Positions 12,097 through 20,766 of a DNA stretch of 64,000 nt are shown here, piece by piece. Within the stretch, counting starts at the first letter, position 1; every line of letters starts with the position of its first letter. Below the pieces are notes generated by a model. It was not told the DNA's origin. It did no database searches and was given only the letters and a program-made list of their open reading frames with translations. This stretch comes from an uncultured Methanomicrobiales archaeon (GTDB taxonomy: Archaea > Halobacteriota > Methanomicrobia > Methanomicrobiales > Methanospirillaceae): the NCBI GenBank assembly GCA_963697895.1, contig OY969100.1, forward strand, positions 928,001 to 992,000, written 5' to 3'. The position numbers and the translations under genes were made by a program.

Positions 12097-12104
12097 TTTT
12101 TTTT
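12097..12104 (+). terminator. Oligo-T terminator of the hem operon
   Basis: T8 run just after the cobA stop. Confidence 0.5.
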
Positions 12105-12212
12105 CATAAGATCGCGGTTACTCATGTTCCGTGACGCGTTCCCCGGGAGCGACGAGATTATAAGGCAGATGGAACATATCTCTATCTATACCCCATAAAA
12201 GAGAGGAATGTC

Positions 12213-12392
12213 ATGGATAAGAAGGTAAAAAACAATATCAGTGTCGTATCATTCATCATCGGGTTCATCCTGATCCTTATGCAGGACTTCAGCCGGTTGC
12301 AGACGATCGATGTAGGCTTCAGCTGGCCGTGGGCGGTCATGTTCTATGTCGGGCTTCTCCTGATCCTGGTCGGGTTCCTGCTCCGGGGATAA
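12213..12392 (+). CDS. Small 59-aa two-TM protein (absent from the ORF track)
   Basis: MDKKVKNNISVVSFIIGFILILMQ...WPWAVMFYVGLLLILVGFLLRG; GAGAGG upstream and a TTATAA box near 12158. Confidence 0.65.
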   Translation: MDKKVKNNISVVSFIIGFILILMQDFSRLQTIDVGFSWPWAVMFYVGLLLILVGFLLRG

Positions 12393-12620
12393 CCCTAATC
12401 CCGATATCTGTCTTTTTTCCCTGTTTGCGGTTCAAGAATATTCGATCATCCGAACCATTTCCGCTCATAAGCCGATTTTTTGCTTCAGAGCCGGAAGAGC
12501 CGACTAAATATCAGATTGTGAGATCATCTTTCCTCTGAGATATCCCTTCCAAAATGTACTGCGCACGAGAAGATATCCAAGGGAATCATGCCATCCCGAC
12601 CCCACAAACCTGCTCATCGT

Positions 12621-12634
12621 ATAAAAATATATAT
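12621..12634 (+). promoter_or_regulatory. BRE/TATA box of the six-gene operon
   Basis: ATAAAAATATATAT about 26-30 nt before ATG 12660, consistent with a leaderless transcript. Confidence 0.55.
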
Positions 12635-12659
12635 GCATGAAACTGCATCTCCTTCTGGT

Positions 12660-13148
12660 ATGCAAGACTATGTGACGTTAAAGGTGAAGGTGAGAGCCTT
12701 CCCGAGCAAAGGGCGGGCCCGGTTACACGAGTCCGTTCTTCCCGAATTAGCGGTTAAAGAAGGCGAAAGCCTCTCTCTCATGAAATATCCGCAGGTCTCC
12801 GATGACAAGACCAAGCCGGTATCGGTCACGGCGTACGGGGACAAGCAGGTGGGGAAGGGAGTGATTATGTTAAGCCCCGAGGACATCGCCGCTCTCGGCG
12901 TTGCGGAGGGTGATACTATCGCCGTGAAACGGAAGGTGCCGCTCACCGAGAAGATCACGAAGAAAGCCGCCCCCACGGGTACCGCGGTCAAGGAAGACGC
13001 TGTCAAGGCGGGTGCTGCGGTCAAGGGAGGGGCAGTCAAGGCAGGTACCGCCGTCAAGACAGGAGCAGTCAAGGCGGGGAAGGCCGTCGAAAAAGGGGCA
13101 AAAGACGTCTCCGCGAAGGTCAAGCCCCCCAAAGAAGAGAAGAAATGA
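12660..13148 (+). CDS. Hypothetical protein: CDC48/VAT-N-like double-psi barrel plus Ala/Lys/Val 11-mer repeats
   Basis: GRARLH..LAVKEGE and GKGVIMLS..LGVAEGDTIAV pseudo-symmetric halves; tail GTAVKEDAVKA/GAAVKGGAVKA/GTAVKTGAVKA/GKAVEKGAKDV. Confidence 0.6.
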   Translation: MQDYVTLKVKVRAFPSKGRARLHESVLPELAVKEGESLSLMKYPQVSDDKTKPVSVTAYGDKQVGKGVIMLSPEDIAALGVAEGDTIAVKRKVPLTEKITKKAAPTGTAVKEDAVKAGAAVKGGAVKAGTAVKTGAVKAGKAVEKGAKDVSAKVKPPKEEKK

Positions 13149-13162
13149 AGGGGATCTGACCT

Positions 13163-13576
13163 GTGGCGAACGAAACGACGATCGTGACCTCCACCTCGCC
13201 CTACTGGACCTGGTTCGAGACGGTGTTCTGGATCATCATCCTGGTCATCATCCTGGTCATCATCTACTACATCATCAGGGAGATCCGGCAATGGAGCGTT
13301 ACACCCAAGCTGGCACAGATCGACCTCGAGAAGGAGAAGCTGAACCTGATGAAACTGGAGATGGCCCAGCGGGGCACTCCCTTCTTCCGGGTCTCTCCCG
13401 AGAAGCTCGGGGAGATCAAGGACCTTGCCGACGAGAATGTCGCGCTCGAGACCGATATCTTCGCGCAACACAGTGCGGTGGACAAGCGGATCGAGCGGCT
13501 GGAGAATAAGGTGAAACTGACCAAACTCGACCGCATGGTGGAAAAGATCAAGGATGAAGAGAGAAAGATCGGGTGA
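13163..13576 (+). CDS. Single-TM coiled-coil hypothetical protein
   Basis: N-terminal Ile/Val TM helix then heptad-rich helices; GTG start. Confidence 0.75.
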   Translation: MANETTIVTSTSPYWTWFETVFWIIILVIILVIIYYIIREIRQWSVTPKLAQIDLEKEKLNLMKLEMAQRGTPFFRVSPEKLGEIKDLADENVALETDIFAQHSAVDKRIERLENKVKLTKLDRMVEKIKDEERKIG

Positions 13577-13893
13577 ATCAGATGACCGAAACAGAAACAG
13601 CAACAGAACAGACGGCCAAAAAATCATCCTTCACGAGCTCGGTGAAGGCAGTACCTGCTACTGTCGATTCATGGCTCCCGACGATGGACAAGAACCTTGA
13701 CAAGTACTTCGATTCCCATATGGCCGCTATCATCGAGGAATGGGGACTGGTCACGGAACCCTTCCTGGATGAACTCGAGCACCGGCTGGCAGTCGTCCAC
13801 ACCGACCTCCTGAAGCTGGAGAAGGGCCGGACCCGGCTGGAGAAGAGAGCGGAATACCTCGACGCCGGGATCCGCGAGCTGGAGGGACAGTAA
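13573..13893 (+). CDS. Coiled-coil hypothetical protein (paralog 1)
   Basis: GTGA overlap with upstream gene; LDKYFDSHMAAIIEEWGLVT motif. Confidence 0.75.
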   Translation: MNQMTETETATEQTAKKSSFTSSVKAVPATVDSWLPTMDKNLDKYFDSHMAAIIEEWGLVTEPFLDELEHRLAVVHTDLLKLEKGRTRLEKRAEYLDAGIRELEGQ

Positions 13894-14118
13894 TGGTCGG
13901 CACGGACAGACTACATGAACAAGTACCTGGACCGGAGGATGAAGGTCCTCATCGAGGAATGGGATCTGGGTACGAAAAACGACCTTGGTAACTTTGAGGA
14001 CCGTCTTGTCGCGGTCGAAGAGGGGACCCGGGAGATCGAAGCCTTCGAGCTGAACGCGGATGTCAGGATGGACGAACTGGAAGCACGCCTGTACAGACTC
14101 AAGGAGGCGAATAAATGA
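13893..14118 (+). CDS. Coiled-coil hypothetical protein (paralog 2); start 13893 if a +1 indel lies near 13905, otherwise 13915
   Basis: TAATG coupling; MNKYLDRRMKVLIEEWDLGT motif. Confidence 0.7.
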
Positions 14119-14456
14119 CCCCACTCGAGGGATTCCTGGTCTTCCTCATCATCGTGATCATCGCATTCCTGATCTATTACTATTTCCGGGGCTCATCCGG
14201 GAAGGTATCCCTCGGCCGGCCGATCGAGAGCCGGGTGGACGAGTACCTTGACCGGCGGTTCGAGATGATGATCGATGAATGGTCGCTCACCGACCGGACA
14301 CGGGTGAACTCGTTCCGCGAATCGAAGGGAAAATTCCTTCTCGATGATGAAACACGGGTTGCCTCCCTGAAAGAGTTCAAAGACGGGATGAGTGAGAACC
14401 TGTCCCGGATGGAGGAGCGCCTGAATGCTCTTGAAACCCAAATCGACAAAAAATGA
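14115..14456 (+). CDS. TM-anchored coiled-coil protein (paralog 3)
   Basis: ATGA overlap; N-terminal TM helix; VDEYLDRRFEMMIDEWSLT motif. Confidence 0.75.
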   Translation: MTPLEGFLVFLIIVIIAFLIYYYFRGSSGKVSLGRPIESRVDEYLDRRFEMMIDEWSLTDRTRVNSFRESKGKFLLDDETRVASLKEFKDGMSENLSRMEERLNALETQIDKK

Positions 14457-14748
14457 ACGGGCCAAACCCCGGGAGGAGCAGGAGTTCTTCTCCCGGGTCA
14501 AGGGGGATATCACCACCATCCGTGAGCAGGGAACTCCCCCGGAGAAAGATACCGGCAGCTTCTCCCGGTTCCGGTGCGATCTCTGCAACGGTACGTTCCC
14601 GCTCACCGAGCTGAAGCAGTGCACCCTCTGCGGGAGGTGGGCCTGCTCCTCCTGCTGGACAACGGAATATTATATCTGCAACTCCTGCAGCGGCATCGTC
14701 AGGCTACACCTGATTCCCGCCCAGCAACCGGGGAAACCCCGGAATTGA
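14425..14748 (+). CDS. 8-Cys zinc-finger protein (FYVE-like spacing); true start possibly 14453 with an indel
   Basis: CDLC-x11-CTLC-x4-CSSC-x7-CNSC; T7 terminator at 14752-14758. Confidence 0.7.
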   Translation: MLLKPKSTKNERAKPREEQEFFSRVKGDITTIREQGTPPEKDTGSFSRFRCDLCNGTFPLTELKQCTLCGRWACSSCWTTEYYICNSCSGIVRLHLIPAQQPGKPRN

Positions 14749-14916
14749 TCCTTTTTTTACCTATAAAAATCCACAGAACCCGGATATTTTTTTTGTTTGC
14801 GTTCGCCGGGGTACCGAAATCTACCTGATAAATCCAAAAAAATATTTTGTGCATGCATTGTTTCTCCCCGTGATGTTTTTATTGCGTCCGGGAACCAAAC
14901 TGCCCGGAGGGTACGA

Positions 14917-15732
14917 ATGAGGACTGTGCGGACCTACGGGAAGCCCCCGTTCTCTATCTCCGTTATCCACGGGGGGCCGGGTGCACCCGGGGAGATGGCA
15001 CCGGTGGCAAGGGAGCTCGCCCAGACCCACGGTGTGCTGGAGCCCTTGCAGGCGAAACCCACTATCGACGGTCAGGTGCAGGAATTAAAGCGGGTTCTCG
15101 AAGAGAATGCCCGGCTTCCTGTCACCCTCGTCGGCTTTTCCTGGGGAGCGATCTTAAGTTTTATCTTCACCGCGGAAAATCCGGCCCTTGTAAAAAGACT
15201 GATCCTGGTCGGCAGCGGGGTATTCGAGGAGAAGTATGCCGGCGATATCGCGAGAATCCGTCTCAGCCGGCTCTCCCCGGAAGAACAGAGGGAGATGAAG
15301 ACGCTCCTCGTCCGGCTGAACGATCCCCTTGAAGCGGGGAAAGATATTTTCTTTGCCCGGGTGGGGGAATACCTGGCCAAATCCGACTCCTTCGATCCCC
15401 TTCCCGTACCGGAAGAGGTCATCGCCTACCAGTACGATATCTTTGCATCGGTCTGGAGGGAGGCCGAATCTCTCCGGAAGAGGGGAGATCTGCTCGCCAT
15501 GGGCGGGCGGATCTGCTGCCCGGTCGTCGCGATCCACGGGGATTTCGACCCCCATCCGGCAGACGGGGTAAGACTTCCGTTATCCCGGGTACTCTGCGAC
15601 TTCCGGTTCATCCTTCTCGAACGGTGCGGCCATCGCCCCTGGATAGAACGTGCTGCGAGAGAGCGGTTCTTTGGGATTTTGCATGCCGAGCTGGAAGCGG
15701 ACAGCCCCGGAAATTTCTCCCCGGCGAAATAA
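14917..15732 (+). CDS. Alpha/beta hydrolase
   Basis: HGGPG, GFSWG nucleophile elbow, HGDFD, CGH. Confidence 0.85.
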   Translation: MRTVRTYGKPPFSISVIHGGPGAPGEMAPVARELAQTHGVLEPLQAKPTIDGQVQELKRVLEENARLPVTLVGFSWGAILSFIFTAENPALVKRLILVGSGVFEEKYAGDIARIRLSRLSPEEQREMKTLLVRLNDPLEAGKDIFFARVGEYLAKSDSFDPLPVPEEVIAYQYDIFASVWREAESLRKRGDLLAMGGRICCPVVAIHGDFDPHPADGVRLPLSRVLCDFRFILLERCGHRPWIERAARERFFGILHAELEADSPGNFSPAK

Positions 15733-15940
15733 CGATCGGATCTATACGGAGATTCGGTCCTGATGCCGGAAAGAAAATGGAGAGAGAAGACGGCATATAT
15801 CCTCAAAATCATCCTCGATCCTGGTCATACAATAAGAATCACCGGAACGTTCTGCCTGACGAAATCAGACTTTAAGGGAATATCCCAGGAACCCCGAACC
15901 GGAATATATTAATGGGTTACGAGGCTGATTTATTTCATTC

Positions 15941-16321
15941 ATGGTGAAAAATGGTATTTTACTGTTTTTCCTGGTCCTATTGATCCTCGGTGCGGGATGC
16001 ACGACCGTTCCCCCCAATCCGGACGTGGAGGTGCGTATCACGAATGTGACGGTAACTCCGCTCTGGTTTACGCTGAACCGGACCGATCTGTACACCGTAA
16101 CCTACGAAGTCACCAATACCGACGACCACGTAATCGACCTGGTCCAGGTAAATATTACGAAGAACGGGGGAAAGGAGTTTGAACAGGAACGGGATACGTT
16201 CCTCAACCTTCAGCCGGAATCGACGGTGAGGAAGGTATGGGTATTTACGGGATCCTGCTGCAGGCCTTATTCGTTTACTGTCCGGCAGGACCCATATTTC
16301 AAGTTCTTTTGGATGAAATAA
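15941..16321 (+). CDS. Putative lipoprotein
   Basis: Signal peptide with LGAGC lipobox; beta-rich domain. Confidence 0.65.
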   Translation: MVKNGILLFFLVLLILGAGCTTVPPNPDVEVRITNVTVTPLWFTLNRTDLYTVTYEVTNTDDHVIDLVQVNITKNGGKEFEQERDTFLNLQPESTVRKVWVFTGSCCRPYSFTVRQDPYFKFFWMK

Positions 16322-16636
16322 ATCGATATAGTTTTTTTCATTTTTGAAGTGATTTCACATTCCTGTATCCGGTATCCCGGTAAAATCCGGATTCACTTCA
16401 TGAAGGAATCCTCCACGATCCGTTATGGCCATCTGCCCGGGCCGGAAGGCTGATTCTGTTCAACACGTGATACCCCTCCTGGCCTGATAGCCTGTGGATC
16501 TATCTCGATATCAGGAGCCGAACCGGCCATTCGTTCCATCGATCCCCGGGCCGGGACGGGATATCCCGATCCGAGGCCCCGGGTGATCTCATTCCCAGGA
16601 GATCTTTTTTATGAAGAGGAGTCGAATGATAAACCT

Positions 16637-16930
16637 ATGGCACCCAGACATTCACCAAAATCCGAACCTGAAAATACCACTCATGAATCCGGAACCGGGC
16701 CGAGCCAGGACCGGGAGCGCCACCGGGAAGATTCGCAGCATCATCCCTACGATCATCCGCTTCCCCATCCCCCCCACCACCCGCATGAACACCCGACGCT
16801 GTCCCCGCGGCATTATCCCCATACGCAGCCCGAGGAGTTCGCCCTGGACGCGGACCACGGCACCCATGAAGATCGGCCGCGACCGGGCAAGATCGCAAAA
16901 AAAGGGAATAAAAATATCCATAAACCCTGA
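16637..16930 (+). CDS. His/Pro-rich disordered small protein
   Basis: QHHPYDHPLPHPPHHPHEHP; oligo-T run after the stop. Confidence 0.5.
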   Translation: MAPRHSPKSEPENTTHESGTGPSQDRERHREDSQHHPYDHPLPHPPHHPHEHPTLSPRHYPHTQPEEFALDADHGTHEDRPRPGKIAKKGNKNIHKP

Positions 16931-16995
16931 CCTCTGATCGTCCTTTTTTTTTCGGAGAGTCATTCCCACCATTCAGACGAAGGCCGCAGATCATC

Positions 16996-17586
16996 ATGAT
17001 AGTCCCCCGGACATTCTATGCGCAGGATACCGTCCAGGTTGCCCGGGACCTCCTCGGGTGTTATCTGGTACACCTCGAGGGGGCGGAGACGACGCTCGGG
17101 CGGATCGTCGAGACGGAGGCATATCTCCGGAACGATGCCGCCGCCCATTCCTTTATCGGAAAAACCGCGAGAAACAGCGTTCTTTTTGGCCCGGCAGGGC
17201 ATGCATACGTATATTTCATCTATGGAATGCACTACTGCGTCAATGTCGTCACCGGCGAGGAAGGAACCGGGGAGGCCGTGCTCTTCCGGGCACTGGAACC
17301 CCTGCAGGGTATTCCCGTGATGGAACGGAGGCGGAGCGTGGAGAAACCACGACTCCTGTGCAACGGTCCCGCGAAACTGGCGGAGGCGCTCGGTATCGAT
17401 CTCGCGTTCAACGGCCTTCCCCTTTTCTCCGGGCCGCTGCAGATCTGGTCCAGGGACAGCCTTGCTCCTTCCCCGGGGACTGACGATGAGGATATCGTGC
17501 AGACGACCCGGATCGGCATCACCAAATCGACAGACCTTCCCCTCCGGTTTTACCTCCGGGGAAACCGGCATATCTCGCGGAAGTAA
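16996..17586 (+). CDS. mpg: DNA-3-methyladenine glycosylase (AAG/MPG family)
   Basis: GRIVETEAY, YVYFIYGMHYC, NGPAKL, RIGI. Confidence 0.93.
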   Translation: MIVPRTFYAQDTVQVARDLLGCYLVHLEGAETTLGRIVETEAYLRNDAAAHSFIGKTARNSVLFGPAGHAYVYFIYGMHYCVNVVTGEEGTGEAVLFRALEPLQGIPVMERRRSVEKPRLLCNGPAKLAEALGIDLAFNGLPLFSGPLQIWSRDSLAPSPGTDDEDIVQTTRIGITKSTDLPLRFYLRGNRHISRK

Positions 17587-17689
17587 CGAGAAGGTCATTT
17601 TTTGCCCGATGTCGCTGACCCATGACCCCATAAAGGCGGCGGAGCACAATCGTGGTTAACCGGGGGGGTTTTCGATCTCGAAAGCCCCT

Positions 17690-18382
17690 TCACCAGTTCT
17701 TCCGGTAGGGGTCGAGATCTCCCTGCAAGGGAATCTCTTCTCCGGGAATCGACCAAGATTGTTCCCTTCGCCAGAGCAGGAACGACCCGACCAACGCGAC
17801 GATTCCCGCACCCACGAGGAATATCCCAAGCAGCCGGATGATGAAGATACCCGTGAACTCCGCATGAAAGAAGATCAGGATACCGAGCGCGGCAAGGAAC
17901 AGCCCCCCGATGATCGAAAGGATCCGTCTCGCCGGGGATCCGCCCTGCAAAATCGCCGTGAATACCATCCCGAGCCCGCCGATCAGGAACACCAGGGCGA
18001 CGATCACCGCGAGAAAAGCCCCGATCAGGGAAGGGTTTGTAAAAGAGACAATGCCAAGGATGATTGCACAGATCCCGAGTATCAGGGGCACCGCCGCGAA
18101 CCAGGTCCCTCCGCGGGAGAGGGAGAACGCACCGACAAAAAGCGCGATCCCGATGAGAAAGACGATCGCCCCGAACAGGTAGATGATCAGCCGGAGAGAG
18201 CTCTCCGGGAAGAAGAGGAACAGGCTCCCGATGAGGATGCTGGCGAGCCCGAGACCCAGCGGGAGTTTCCAGGAGCCGAGGACTCCGTTGCGCGAAACCC
18301 AGTATACAGGCATAGGGGAAGTATCTGCCCTTTTATCCAGATAAGGGTTACAGGTCAATTCCGCCGGATCTCCCCGATTCAC
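17690..18382 (-). CDS. HdeD/DUF308 family membrane protein (start uncertain)
   Basis: Six TM helices with repeated G-rich pattern. Confidence 0.7.
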   Translation of the reverse strand: MNRGDPAELTCNPYLDKRADTSPMPVYWVSRNGVLGSWKLPLGLGLASILIGSLFLFFPESSLRLIIYLFGAIVFLIGIALFVGAFSLSRGGTWFAAVPLILGICAIILGIVSFTNPSLIGAFLAVIVALVFLIGGLGMVFTAILQGGSPARRILSIIGGLFLAALGILIFFHAEFTGIFIIRLLGIFLVGAGIVALVGSFLLWRREQSWSIPGEEIPLQGDLDPYRKNW

Positions 18383-18464
18383 GGTACAATGATCTGCAGT
18401 TCCCGGACAGCACCTTCCCGGGAAGTTCCATATCGGTAAATATTCCGCCCACCCACCCGTAGGT

Positions 18465-19658
18465 ATGCAGGAAAGAGTTCCCGGCCCGGAACTTGCGGAA
18501 CGGATGAGCCGTTTCCGTGACCGGATGGGGAGAGAGAACCCGGATTGGGAGTTGGCCGCGATATTTGGCAGGATTAACCTCTATTATTTCACGGGGACGA
18601 TGCAGGACGGGGTGCTCCTGATCCCCCGGCACGACGAAGCCGTCTTCTGGGTCCGAAGGAGCTATGAGCGGGCATTAACGGAATCCCTCTTCCCCGACAT
18701 CCGGTCGATGGGCAGCTTCCGCGACGCCGCAGCCGGGATGAAGGCCATTCCGCCCGTGGTCCATCTCGAGACCGAACGGGTCCCCCTCGCCTTGTTCGAA
18801 CGATTCCGGAAATATTTCCCTGTCACCCGGGCAGAGCCGCTCGATATGCAGGTGGCAATGGTCAGGGCGGTGAAGAGCGATCTCGAACTGCACCTGATGA
18901 AACGGGCGGGGAAGATCCACCGCGAGGTGCTGGAAGACCGGATTCCGGAGATACTGATGGCGGGGATGAGCGAGGCCGAATTCGGCACCGAAGTGTACTC
19001 CCTCATGGTCCGGGAGGGGCACCAGGGCATTGTCCGGTTCGGCATGTTCGAGACGGAGATCGTCGTCGGGCAGATCGGGTTTGGGGAAAGCTCCCTGTAC
19101 CCGACTTCTTTCAACGGGCCGGGTGGCTGCTACGGGATGAGCCCGGGGGTGCCGGTCCTCGGCAGCCGTCACCGGAGACTGAGGAAAGGCGACATGGTCT
19201 TCATTGATAACTCCTGCGGGGTCGACGGGTACCAGACCGACAAGACCATGAACTATATGTTTGGCGAACGGCTCCCCGAGACCACCGTAGCGATCCACCG
19301 CGAGTGCGTGGAGATCCAGGAACAGATGGCAGCGCTCCTGAAACCCGGCATCACCCCGTCGGAGATATACTCGACCATCATGAACGGGCTGGATCCCGGG
19401 TTCCTGCAAAATTTCATGGGATTCGGGGACCGGAAGGTGAACTTCCTCGGTCATGGGGTCGGCCTGCAGGTCGACGAGATGCCGGTGATCGCGAGAGGGT
19501 TCGACGAGCCGCTCCAGGAGGGGATGACCATCGCCCTCGAACCCAAGAAGGGGATACCGGATACCGGGGTGGTCGGGACCGAGAATACCTATCTGGTCAC
19601 TCCCCGCGGGGGGAAGAGCCTCACCGGGAATAACCCCGGCCTGATCCCGGTCTATTGA
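18465..19658 (+). CDS. M24 family (Xaa-Pro-like) metallopeptidase
   Basis: Creatinase-like N-domain, GYQTD, GHGVG, ALEPK, EN metal ligands. Confidence 0.88.
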   Translation: MQERVPGPELAERMSRFRDRMGRENPDWELAAIFGRINLYYFTGTMQDGVLLIPRHDEAVFWVRRSYERALTESLFPDIRSMGSFRDAAAGMKAIPPVVHLETERVPLALFERFRKYFPVTRAEPLDMQVAMVRAVKSDLELHLMKRAGKIHREVLEDRIPEILMAGMSEAEFGTEVYSLMVREGHQGIVRFGMFETEIVVGQIGFGESSLYPTSFNGPGGCYGMSPGVPVLGSRHRRLRKGDMVFIDNSCGVDGYQTDKTMNYMFGERLPETTVAIHRECVEIQEQMAALLKPGITPSEIYSTIMNGLDPGFLQNFMGFGDRKVNFLGHGVGLQVDEMPVIARGFDEPLQEGMTIALEPKKGIPDTGVVGTENTYLVTPRGGKSLTGNNPGLIPVY

Positions 19659-19782
19659 TGTCGGACGGGATTCCAACGATGCACGGGACCTGCCCATGAC
19701 ACGGTTCACCACTATCCAAAAATTTATGCCTTCATGGAGTGGAGAGAAGTTCTGAAAAGAACGAATCAGGAGGCTGTCTTGA

Positions 19783-19902
19783 ATGGCAAAAGAACGGATT
19801 CATAACCCCGAAACGCATTCCGATTACCGGATTCGGCAGAGAACGACGAAGAAGGGGAAAAAAGGGCAGATCATGGGGAAGTACCATGAAAAGAAAGAAT
19901 AA
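19783..19902 (+). CDS. Small 39-aa basic protein (absent from the ORF track)
   Basis: MAKERIHNPETHSDYRIRQRTTKKGKKGQIMGKYHEKKE; AGGAGG about 10 nt upstream. Confidence 0.6.
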   Translation: MAKERIHNPETHSDYRIRQRTTKKGKKGQIMGKYHEKKE

Positions 19903-19967
19903 CCCCCGATGATCGACAATGCCCCCGCTCTCAATAATATGGGATCACTGAGTTCCGGAACGGCTTT

Positions 19968-20627
19968 ATGCCGGATTTGAAACGGTACCTCTCTGTGAAA
20001 TGGCCCGTCGGCGCCATCGCCGGGATAGCCGCAATAGTCATCTTCTGCATATGCACAGTCACCGCGGTCGTCCTCTATCCCGGACCCTATAACCCGCTCT
20101 ACGCCTGGTTGAGCAACCTCGGGAATGTCAATCTGAATCCCCGGGGAGCATTTTTCTTCAACACAGCAAATGTCCTTGCCGGGATACTGCTGATACCCTT
20201 CTTCCTCGGGTTGTTCATCTGGTATGATCCGCTCCGGTGGCGAAAGGCACTCCTTATCCTGGGGCAGGCTGTCGGCATCCTTGGATCAGTTGCCCTGATC
20301 TTCATAGGGATATATCCCGAGACCCGGATCCCCGAACACCTGATCGCCGCGGATCTCTTTTTCAGCTCCCTCGTCGTCTTTCTGCTCATCCTGAACCTGG
20401 CTCTTCTGACCCATCCCCGGTTCATGCGATGGGTGGGGTGGTACGGGTTCCTGGTTGTCGCTATGAACCTGGTCTTTGCATCATCCCTGTTCGTATACAA
20501 AGACCTTCTGGCCGATTTTAATCCTCCGATACCGGTACCGGGGCTTGAATGGGCCTCGGTATGTACGGCCCTCGTCTGGGTCGGGGCGCTATCATACAAT
20601 ATGGTGAAGACGGGCTGCCGGGGATAA
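19968..20627 (+). CDS. DUF998-like membrane protein
   Basis: YPG.YNP...LSNLG...FN motif, GIYPE, conserved His, five TM helices. Confidence 0.7.
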   Translation: MPDLKRYLSVKWPVGAIAGIAAIVIFCICTVTAVVLYPGPYNPLYAWLSNLGNVNLNPRGAFFFNTANVLAGILLIPFFLGLFIWYDPLRWRKALLILGQAVGILGSVALIFIGIYPETRIPEHLIAADLFFSSLVVFLLILNLALLTHPRFMRWVGWYGFLVVAMNLVFASSLFVYKDLLADFNPPIPVPGLEWASVCTALVWVGALSYNMVKTGCRG

Positions 20628-20766
20628 CCGGCAGGGTATTACCCGGGGATACCCGGGCCGTTCAAGGGAACATACGGACGATGCCGGGCCTGATACCACT
20701 GTCGTTTCCGATCTCCCCGGATGAGGAGGCGATAACCTTGATGGAGTGTCCGGCTGACACATTCAC

